From the NCBI RefSeq assembly GCF_009914755.1, contig NC_060925.1: DNA of 64,000 bases, one strand, 5' to 3'. Within the stretch, counting starts at the first letter, position 1. The number at the start of each line of letters is the position of its first letter. The stretch is from the human T2T-CHM13v2.0 reference genome, Homo sapiens. Positions 1 through 12,200 of this stretch are shown here, piece after piece. The notes beneath the pieces were generated by a model. That model saw only the letters and a program-made list of their open reading frames with translations, was not told where the DNA came from and searched no databases. Position numbers and translations under genes: made by a program.

Positions 1-1754
1 TGAATGCAATCATCGAAAGGTCTCGAATGGAATCATCTTCTAATGGAAAGGAATGGAATCATCGCATAGAATCGAATGGAATTATCATCGAATGGAATCG
101 AATGGTATCAACACCAAACGGAAAAAAACGGAATTATCGAATGGAATCGAAGAGAATCTTCGAACGGACCCGAATTTAATGATCTAATGGAATGGAATGG
201 AATAATCCATGGACTCGAATGCAATCATCATCGAATGGAATCGAATGGAATCATCGAATGGACTCGAATGGAATAATCATTGAACGGAATCGAATGGAAT
301 CATCATCGGATGGAAACGAATGGAATCATCATCGAATGGAAATGAAAGGAGTCATCATCTAATGGAATTGCATGGAATCATCATAAAATGGAATCGAATG
401 GAATCAACATCAAATGGAATCAAATGGAATCATTGAACGGAATTGAATGGAATCGTCATCGAATGAATTGAATGCAATCATCGAATGGTCTCGAATGGAA
501 TCATCTTCACATGGAATGGAATGGAATCATCGCATAGAATCGAATGGAATTATCATCGAATGAAATCGAATGGAATCAACATCAAACGGAAAAAAACGGA
601 ATTATCGAATGGAATCGAAGAGAATCATCGAATGGACCCGAATGGAATCATCTAATGGAATGGAATGGAATAATCCATGGACTCGAATGCAATCATCATC
701 GAATGGAATCGAATGGAATCATCGAATGGACTCGAATGGAATAATCATTGAACGGAATCGAATGGAATCATCATTGGATGGAAATGAATGGAATCATCAT
801 CGAATGGAATCGAATAGAATTATGGAATGAAATCCAGTGTGATCATCATCGAATGGACCCGAATGGAATCATCATCCAACGGAAGCTAATGGAATCAACA
901 TCGAATGAATCAAATGGAAACACCATCGAATTGAAACGAATGGAATTACCATGAAATTGAAATGGATGGACTCATCATCAAATGGATTCGAGTGGAATCA
1001 TCGAATAAAATTGATTGAAATCATCATCAAATGGAATCGAATGGTATCATTGAATGGAATCGAATGGAATCATCATCAGATGGAAATGAAAGGAATCGTC
1101 ATAGAATGGAATTGAATGGATTCATTGAATGGAATCAGATGGAATCATTGAATGGACTGGAATGGAATCATTGAATGGACTCGAAAGGGATCATTATTGA
1201 ATGGAATTGAATGGAATCATCGAATGGTCTCGATTGGAATCATTATCAAATGGAATCGAATGGAATCACCAAATAGAATCGAATGGAACAATCATCGAAT
1301 GGACTCAAATGGAATTATCCTCAAATGGAATTGAATGGAATTGTCGAATGCAATCGAATGGAATTATCGAATGCAATCGAATAGAATCATCGAATGGACT
1401 CGAATGGAATCATCGAATGGAATGGAATGGAACAGTCAATGAACTCGAATGGAATCATCATTGAATGGAATCGAATGGAATCATCGAGTGGAATCGAATG
1501 GAATTATGATCAAATGGAATCGAATGTAATCATCATCAAATGGAATCAAAAATAACCATCATCAATTGGTATTGAATGGAATTCTCATCAAATGGAATTC
1601 AAAGGAATCATCATCAAATGGAACCGAAGGGTATCCTCATTGAATGGAAATGAAAGGGGTCATCATCTAATGGAATCGCATGGAATCATCATCAAATGGA
1701 ATCGAATGGAATCAACATCAAATGGAATCAAATGGAGTCATTGAACGGAATTGA

Positions 1755-3062
1755 ATGGAATCGTCATCGAATGAATTGAATGCAATCATCGAATGGTCTC
1801 GAATGGAATCATCTTCAAATGGAATGGAATGGAATCATCACATACAATCGAATGGAATTATCATCGAATGGAATCGAATGGAATCAACATCAAACGGAAA
1901 AAAACGGAATTATCGAATGGAATCGAAGAGAATCATCGAATGGACCCGAATGGAATCATCTAATGGAATGGAATGGAATAATCCATGGACTCGAATGCAA
2001 TCATCATCGAATGGAATCGAATGGAATCATCGAATGGACTCGAATGGAATAATCATTGAACGGAATCGAATGGAATCATCATCGGATGGAAACGAATGGA
2101 ATCATCATCGAATGGAATCGAATAGATTTATGGAATGAAATCCAGTGTGATCATCATCGAATGGACCCGAATGGAATCATCATCCAACGGAAGCTAATGA
2201 AATCAACATCGAATGAATCAAATGGAAACACCATCGAATTGAAACGAATGGAATTACCATGAAATTGAAATGGATGGACTCATCATCAAATGGATTCGAA
2301 TGGAATCATCGAATAAAATTGATTGAAATCATCATCGAATGGAATCGAATGGTATCATTGAATGGAATCGAATGGAATCATCATCAGATGGAAATGAATG
2401 GAATCGTCATAGAATGGAATCGAATGGATTCATTGAATGGAATCAGATGGAATCATTGAATGGACTGGAATGGAATCATTGAATGGACTCGAAAGGGATC
2501 ATGATTGAATGGAATTGAATGGAATCATGGAATGGTCTCGATTGGAATCATTATCAAATGGAATCGAATGGAATCACCGAATAGAATCGAATGGAACAAT
2601 CATCGAATGGACTCAAATGGAATTATCCTCAAATGGAATCGAATGGAATTATCGAATGCAATCGAATGGAATTATCGAATGCAATCGAATAGAATCATCG
2701 AAAGGACTCGAATGGAATCATCGAATGGAATGGAATGGAACAGTCAATGAACTCGAATGGAATCATCATTGAATGGAATCGAATGGAATCATCGAGTGGA
2801 ATCGAATGGAATTATGATCAAATGGAATCGAATGTAATCATCATCAAATGGAATCAAAAATAACCATCATCAATTGGTATTGAATGGAATTGTCATCAAA
2901 TGGAATTCAAAGGAATCATCATCAAATGGAACCGAATGGAATCCTCATTGAATGGAAATGAAAGGGGTCATCATCTAATGGAATCGCATGGAATCATCAT
3001 CAAATGGAATCGAATGGAATCATCATCAAATGGAATCTAATGGAATCATTGAAAAGAATTGA
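1755..3062. repeat. 1308-bp unit (core module only, 468-bp module absent)
   Basis: Landmark ORFs at 748 and 2056, and EcoRI sites at 1595 and 2903, are 1308 bp apart. There is only one CGGAAAAAAACGG motif in the unit. Confidence 0.92.
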
Positions 3063-4836
3063 ATGGAATCATCATCGAATGAATTGAATGCAATCATCGA
3101 ATGGTCTCGAATGGAATCATCTTCTAATGGAAAGGAATGGAATCATCGCATAGAATCGAATGGAATTATCATCGAATGGAATCGAATGGTATCAACACCA
3201 AACGGAAAAAAACGGAATTATCGAATGGAATCGAAGAGAATCTTCGAACGGACACGAATGGAATCATCTAATGGAATGGAATGGAATAATCCATGGACTC
3301 GAATGCAATCATCATCGAATGGAATCGAATGGAATCATCGAATGGACTCGAATGGAATAATCATTGAACGGAATCGAATGGAATCATCAACGGATGGAAA
3401 CGAATGGAATCATCATCGAATGGAAATGAAAGGAGTCATCATCTAATGGAATTGCATGGAATCATCATAAAATGGAATCGAATGGAATCAACATCAAATG
3501 GAATCAAATGGAATCATTGAACGGAATTGAATGGAATCGTCATCGAATGAATTGAATGCAATCATCGAATGGTCTCGAATGGAATCATCTTCAAATGGAA
3601 TGGAATGGAATCATCGCATAGAATCGAATGGAATTATCATCGAATGGAATCGAATGGAATCAACATCAAACGGAAAAAAACGGAATTATCGAATGGAATC
3701 GAAGAGAATCATCGAATGGACCCGAATGGAATCATCTAATGGAATGGAATGGAATAATCGATGGACTCGAATGCAATCATCATCGAATGGAATCGAATGG
3801 AATCATTGAATGGACTCGAATGGAATAATCATTGAACGGAATCGAATGGAATCATCATCGGATGGAAATGAATGGAATCATCATCGAATGGAATCGAATA
3901 GAATTATGGAATGAAATCCAGTGTGATCATCATCGAATGGACCCGAATGGAATCATCATCCAACGGAAGCTAATGGAATCAACATCGAATGAATCAAATG
4001 GAAACACCATCGAATTGAAACGAATGGAATTACCATGAAATTGAAATGGATGGACTCATCATCAAATGGATTCGAGTGGAATCATCGAATAAATTGATTG
4101 AAATCATCATCGAATGGAATCGAATGGTATCATTGAATGGAATCGAATGGAATCATCATCAGATGGAAATGAAAGGAATCGTCATAGAATGGAATCGAAT
4201 GGATTCATTGAATGGAATCAGATGGAATCATTGAATGGACTGGAATGGAATCATTGAATGGACTCGAAAGGGATCATTATTGAATGGAATTGAATGGAAT
4301 CATCGAATGGTCTCGATTGGAATCATTATCAAATGGAATCGAATGGAATCACCGAATAGAATCGAATGGAACAATCATCGAATGGACTCAAATGAAATTA
4401 TCCTCCAATGGAATCGAATGGAATTATCGAATGCAATCGAATGGAATTATCGAATGCAATCGAATAGAATCATCGAATGGACTCGAATGGAATCATCGAA
4501 TGGAATGGAATGGAACAGTCAATGAACTCGAATGGAATCATCATTGAATGGAATCGAATGGAATCATCGAGTGGAATCGAATGGAATTATGATCAAATGG
4601 AATCGAATGTAATCATCATCAAATGGAATCAAAAATAACCATCATCAATTGGTATTGAATGGAATTGTCATCAAATGGAATTCAAAGGAATCATCATCAA
4701 ATGGAACCGAATGGAATCCTCATTGAATGGAAATGAAAGGGGTCATCATCTAATGGAATCGCATGGAATCATCATCAAATGGAATCGAATGGAATCATCA
4801 TCAAATGGAATCTAATGGAATCATTGAAAGAATTGA

Positions 4837-7054
4837 ATGGAATCATCATAGAATGAATTGAATGCAATCATCGACTGGTCTCGAATGGAATCATCTTCTA
4901 ATGGAAAGGAATGGAATCATCGCATAGAATCGAATGGAATTATCATCGAATGGAATCGAATGGTATCAACACCCAACGGAAAAAAACGGAATTATCGAAT
5001 GGAATCGAAGAGAATCTTCGAACGGACCCGAATGGAATCATCTAATGGAATGGAATGGAATAATCCATGGACTCGAATGCAATCATCATCGAATGGAATC
5101 GAATGGAATCATCGAATGGACTCGAATGGAATAATCATTGAACGGAATCGAATGGAATCATCATCGGATGGAAACGAATGGAATCATCATCGAATGGAAA
5201 TGAAAGGAGTCATCATCTAATGGAATTGCATGGAATCATCATAAAATGGAATCGAATGGAATCAACATCAAATGGAATCAAATGGAATCATTGAACGGAA
5301 TTGAATGGAATCGTCATCGAATGAATTGAATGCAATCATCGAATGGTCTCGAATGGAATCATCTTCAAATGGAATGGAATGGAATCATCGCATAGAATCG
5401 AATGGAATTATCATCGAATGGAATCGAATGGAATCAACATCAAACGGAAAAAAACGGAATTATCGAATGGAATCGAAGAGAATCATCGAATGGACCCGAA
5501 TGGAATCATCTAATGGAATGGAATGGAATAATCCATGGACTCGAATGCAATCATCATCGAATGGAATCGAATGGAATCATCGAATGGACTCGAATGGAAT
5601 AATCATTGAACGGAATCGAATGGAATCATCATCGGATGGAAATGAAAGGAGTCATCATCTAATGGAATTGCATGGAATCATCATAAAATGGAATCGAATG
5701 GAATCAACATCAAATGGAATCAAATGGAATCATTGAACGGAATTGAATGGAATCGTCATCGAATGAATTGAATGCAATCATCGAATGGTCTCGAATGGAA
5801 TCATCTTCAAATGGAATGGAATGGAATCATCGCATAGAATCGAATGGAATTATCATCGAATGGAATCGAATGGAATCAACATCAAACGGAAAAAAACGGA
5901 ATTATCGAATGGAATCGAAGAGAATCATCGAATGGACCCGAATGGAATCATCTAATGGAATGGAATGGAATAATCCATGGACTCGAATGCAATCATCATC
6001 GAATGGAATCGAATGGAATCATCCAATGGACTCGAATGGAATAATCATTGAACGGAATCGAATGGAATCATCATCGGATGGAAATGAATGGAATCATCAT
6101 CGAATGGAATCGAATAGAATTATGGAATGAAATCCAGTGTGATCATCATCGAATGGACCCGAATGGAATCATCATCCAACGGATGCTAATGGAATCAACA
6201 TCGAATGAATCAAATGGAAACACCATCGAATTGAAACGAATGGAATTACCATGAAATTGAAATGGATGGACTCATCATCGAATGGATTTGAAAGGAATCA
6301 TCGAATAAAATTGATTGAAATCATCATCGAATGGAATCGAATGGTATCATTGAATGGAATCGAATGGAATCATCATCAGATGGAAATGAATGGAATCGTC
6401 ATAGAATGGAATCGAATGGATTCATTGAATGGAATCAGATGGAATCATCGAATGGACTGGAATGGAATCATTGAATGGACTCGAAAGAGATCATGATTGA
6501 ATGGAATTGAATGGAATCATCGAATGGTCTCGATTGGAATCATTATCAAATGGAATCGAATGGAATCACCGAATAGAATCGAATGGAACAATCATCGAAT
6601 GGACTCAAATGGAATTATCCTCCAATAGAATCGAATGGAATTATCGAATGCAATCGAATGGAATTATCGAATGCAAACGAATAGAATCATCGAATGGACT
6701 CGAATGGAATCATCGAATGGAATGGAATGGAACAGTCAATGAACTCGAATGGAATCATCATTGAATGGAATCGAATGGAATCATCGAGTGGAATCGAATG
6801 GAATTATGATCAAATGGAATCGAATGTAATCATCATCAAATGGAATAAAAAATAACCATCATCAATTGCTATTGAATGGAATTGTCATCAAATGGAATTC
6901 AAAGGAATCATCATCAAATGGAACCGAATGGAATCCTGATTGAATGGAAATGACAGGGGTCATCATCTGATGGAATCGCATGGAATCATCATCAAATGGA
7001 ATCGAATGGAATCATCATCAAATGGAATCTAATGGAATCATTGAACAGAATTGA
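4837..7054. repeat. Isolated 2218-bp unit (468+442+1308)
   Basis: Module starts at 4837, 5305, 5747 and 7055. Diagnostic junction ATCGGATGGAAATGAAAGGAGTC at 5631-5653. Confidence 0.9.
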
Positions 7055-9298
7055 ATGGAATCGTCATCGAATGAATTGAATGCAATCATCGAATGGCCTC
7101 GAATGGAATCATCTTCTAATGGAAAGGAATGGAATCATCGCATAGAATCGAATGGAATTATCATCGAATGGAATCGAATGGTATCAACACCAAACGGAAA
7201 AAAACGGAATTATCAAATGGAATCGAAGAGAATCTTCGAACGGACCCGAATGGAATCATCTAATGGAATGGAATGGAATAATCCATGGACTCGAATGCAA
7301 TCATCATCGAATGGAATCGAATGGAATCATCGAATGGAATCGAATGGAATAATCATTGAACGGAATCGAATGGAATCATCATCGGATGGAAACGAATGGA
7401 ATCATCATCGAATGGAAATGAAAGGAGTCATCATCTAATGGAATTGCATGGAATCATCATAAAATGGAATCGAATGGAATCAACATCAAATGGAATCAAA
7501 TGGAATCATTGAACGGAATTGAATGGAATCGTCATCGAATGAATTGACTGCAATCATCGAATGGTCTCGAATGGAATCATCTTCAAATGGAATGGAATGG
7601 AATCATCGCATAGAATCGAATGGAATTATCATCGAATGGAATCGAATGGTATCAACACCAAACGGAAAAAAACGGAATTATCGAATGGAATCGAAGAGAA
7701 TCTTCGAACGGACCCGAATGGAATCATCTAATGGAATGGAATGGAATGATCCATAGACTCGAATGCAATCATCATCGAATGGAATCGAATGGAATCATCG
7801 AATGGACTCGAATGGAATAATCATTGAACGGAATCGAATGGAATCATCATCGGATGGAAACGAATGGAATCATCATCGAATGGAAATGAAAGGAGTCATC
7901 ATCTAATGGAATTGCATGGAATCATCATAAAATGGAATCGAATGGAATCAACATCAAATGGAATCAAATGGAATCATTGAACGGAATTGAATGGAATCGT
8001 CATCGAATGAATTGACTGCAATCATCGAATGGTCTCGAATGGAATCATCTTCAAATGGAATGGAATGCAATCATCGCATAGAATCGAATGGAATTATCAT
8101 CGAATGGAATCGAATGGAATCAACATCAAACGGAAAAAAACAGAATTATCGTATGGAATCGAAGAGAATCATCGAATGGACCCGAATGGAATCATCTAAT
8201 GGAATGGAATGGAATAATCCATGGACTCGAATGCAATCATCATCGAATGGAATCGAATGGAATCATCGAATGGACTCGAATGGAATAATCATTGAACGGA
8301 ATCGAATGGAATCATCATCGGATGGAAATGAATGGAATCATCATCCAATGGAATCGAATAGAATTATGGAATGAAATCCAGTGTGATCATCATCGAATGG
8401 ACCCGAATGGAATCATCATCCAACGGAAGCTAATGGAATCAACATCGAATGAATCGAATGGAAACACCATCGAATTGAAACGAATGGAATTATCATGAAA
8501 TTGAAATGGATGGACTCATCATCGAATGGATTCGAATGGAATCATCGAATAAAATTGATTGAAATCATCATCAAATGGAATCGAATAGTATCATTGAATG
8601 GAATCGAATGGAATCATCATCAGATGGAAATGAATGGAATCGTCATAGAATGGAATCGAATGGATTCATTGAATGGAATCAGATGGAATCATCGAATGGA
8701 CTGGAATGGAATCATTGAATGGACTCGAAAGGGATCATTATTGAATGGAATTGAATGGAATCATCGAATGGTCTCGATTGGAATCATTATCAAATGGAAT
8801 CGAATGGAATCACCGAATAGAATCGAATGGAACAATCATCGAATGGACTCAAATGGAGTTATCCTCAAATGGAATCGAATGGAATTATCGAATGCAATCG
8901 AATGGAATTATCGAATGCAATCGAATAGAATCATCGAATGGACTCGAATGGAATCATCGAATGGAATGGAATAGAACAGTCAATGAACTCGAATGGAATC
9001 ATAATTGAATGGAATCGAATGGAATCATCGAGTGGAATCGAATGGAATTATGATCAAATGGAATCGAATGTAATCATCATCAAATGGAATCAAAAATAAC
9101 CATCATCAATTGGTATTGAATGGAATTGTCATCAAATGGAATTCAAAGGAATCATCATCAAATGGAACCGAATGGAAGCCTCATTGAATGGAAATGAAAG
9201 GGGTCATCATCTAATGGAATTGCATGGAATCATCATCAAATGGAATCGAATGGAATCATCATCAAATGGAATCTAATGGAATCATTGAACAGAATTGA
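7055..9298. repeat. 2244-bp unit (468+468+1308)
   Basis: Module starts at 7055, 7523, 7991 and 9299. Confidence 0.92.
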
Positions 9299-12200
9299 AT
9301 GGAATCGTCATCGAATGAATTGAATGCAATCATCGAATGGTCTCGAATGGAATCATCTTCTAATGGAAAGGAATGGAATCATCGCATAGAATCGAATGGA
9401 ATTATCATCGAATGGAATCGAATGGTATCAACACCAAACGGAAAAAAACGGAATTATCGAATGGAATCGAAGAGAATCTTCGAACGGACCCGAATGGAAT
9501 CATCTAATGGAATGGAACGGAATAATCCATGGACTCGAATGCAATCATCATCGAATGGAATCGAATGGAATCATCGAATGGACTCGAATGGAATAATCAT
9601 TGAACGGAATCGAATGGAATCATCATCGGATGGAAACGAATGGAATCATCATCCAATGGAAATGAAAGGAGTCATCATCTAATGGAATTGCATGGAATCA
9701 TCATAAAATGGAATCGAATGGAATCAACATCAAATGGAATCAAATGGAATCATTGAACGGAATTGAATGGAATCGTCATCGAATGAATTGAATGCAATCA
9801 TCGAATGGTCTAGAATTGAATCATCTTCAAATGGAATGGAATGGAATCATCGCATAGAATCGAATGGAAGTATCATCGAATGGAATCGAATGGAATCAAC
9901 ATCAAACGGAAAAAAACGGAATTATCGAATGGAATCGAAGAGAATCATCGAATGGACCCGAATGGAATCATCTAATGGAATGGAATGGAATAATCCATGC
10001 ACTCGAATGCAATCATCATCGAATGGAATCGAATGGAATCATCGAATGGACTCGAATGGAATAATCATTGAACGGAATCGAATGGAATCATCATCGGATG
10101 GAAATGAATGGAATCATCATCGAATGGAATCGAATAGAATTATGGAATGAAATCCAGTGTGATCATCATCGAATGGACCCGAATGGAATCATCATCCAAC
10201 TGAAGCTAATGGAATCAACATCGAATGAATCGAATGGAAACACCATCGAATTGAAACGAATGGAATTATCATGAAATTGAAATGGATGGACTCATCATCG
10301 AATGGATTCGAATGGAATCATCGAATAAAATTGATTGAAATCATCATCCAATGGAATCGAATGGTATCATTGAATGGAATCGAATGGAATCATCATCAGA
10401 TGGAAATGAATGGAATCGTCATAGAATGGAATCGAATGGATTCATTGAATGGAATCAGATGGAATCATCGAATGGACTGGAATGGAATCATTGAATGGAC
10501 TCGAAAGGGATCATGATTGAATGGAATTGAATGGAATCATCGAATGGTCTCGATTGGAATCATTAACAAATGGAATCGAATGGAATGACCGAATAGAATC
10601 GAATGGAACAATCATCGAATGGACTCAAATGGAATTATCCTCCAATGGAATCGAATGGAATTATCGAATGCAATCGAATGGAATTATCGAATGCAATCGA
10701 ATAGAATCATCGAATGGACTCGAATGGAATCATCGAATGGAATGGAATGGAACAGTCAAGGAACTCGAATGGAATCATCATTGAATGGAATCGAATGGAA
10801 TCATCGAGTGGAATCGAATGGAAATATGATCAAATGGAATCGAATATAATCATCATCAAATGGAATCAAAAATAACCATCATTAATTGGTATTGAATGGA
10901 ATTCTCATCAAATGGAATTCAAAGGAATCATCATCAAATGGAACTGAATGGAATCCTCATTGAATGGAAATGAAAGGGGTCATCATCTAATGGAATCGCA
11001 TGGAATCATCATCAAATGGAATCGAATGGAATCATCATCAAATGGAATCTGATGGAATCATTGAACAGAATTGAATGGAATCGTCATCGAATGAATTGAA
11101 TGCAATCATCGAATGGTCTCGAATGTAATCACATTCTAATGGAAAGGAATGGAATCATCGCATAGAATCGAATGGAATTAACATTGAATGGACTCGAATG
11201 GAATCAACATCAAATGAAATCAAGCGGAATTATCGAATGAAATCGAAGAGAATCATCGAATGGACTCGAATGGAATCATCTAATGGAATGGAATGGAATA
11301 ATCCACGGACTCGAATGCAATCATCATTGTATAGAATCGAATGGAATCATCGAATGGACTCGAATGGAATAACCATTGAACGGAATAGAATGGAATCATC
11401 ATCGGAAGGAAACGAATGGAATCATCATCGAATGGAAATGTAAGGAGTCATCATCTAATGGAATTGCATGGAATCATCATAAAATGGAATCGAATGGAAT
11501 CATCATCAAATGGAATCAAATGGAATCATTGAACGGAATTGAATGGAATCGTCATCGAATGAATTGAATGCAATCATCGAATGGTCTCGAATGGAATCAT
11601 CTTCAAATGGAATGGAATGGAATCATCGCATAGAATCGAATGGAATTATCATCGAATGGAATCGAATGGTATCAACATCAAACGGAAAAAAACGGAATTA
11701 TCGAATGGAATCGAAGAGAATCTTCGAACGGACCCGAAAGGAATCATCTAATGGAATGGAATGGAATAATCCATGGACTCGAATGCAATCATCATCGAAT
11801 GGAATCGAATGGAATCATTGAATGGACTCGAATGGAATAATCATTGAACGGAATCGAATGGAATCATCATCGGATGGAAATGAATGGAATCATCATCGAA
11901 TGGAATCGAATAGAATTATGGAATGAAATCCAGTGTGATCATCATCGAATGGACCCGAATGGAATCATCATCCAACGGAAGCTAATGGAATCAACATCGA
12001 ATGAATCGAATGGAAACACCATCGAATTGAAACGAATGGAATTATCATGAAATTGAAATGGATGGACTCATCATCGAATGGATTCGAATGGAATCATCGA
12101 ATAAAATTGATTGAAATCATCATCGAATGGAATCGAATGGTATCATTGAATGGAATCGAATGGAATCGTCATCAGATGGAAATGAATGGAATCCTCATAG

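Noticed and set aside
1004-1023. AATAAA hexamer followed by the short inverted repeat TGATT-GA-AATCA, once per unit
   Set aside because: Expected by chance in A-rich satellite, and the 5-bp stem is too weak. There is no independent support for a polyadenylation signal or hairpin.
3037-3048. TAATGGAATCA as a DUX4-like site
   Set aside because: It has two mismatches to TAAYYYAATCA. DUX4-HSATII binding is known in general, but specific sites cannot be called from this sequence alone.
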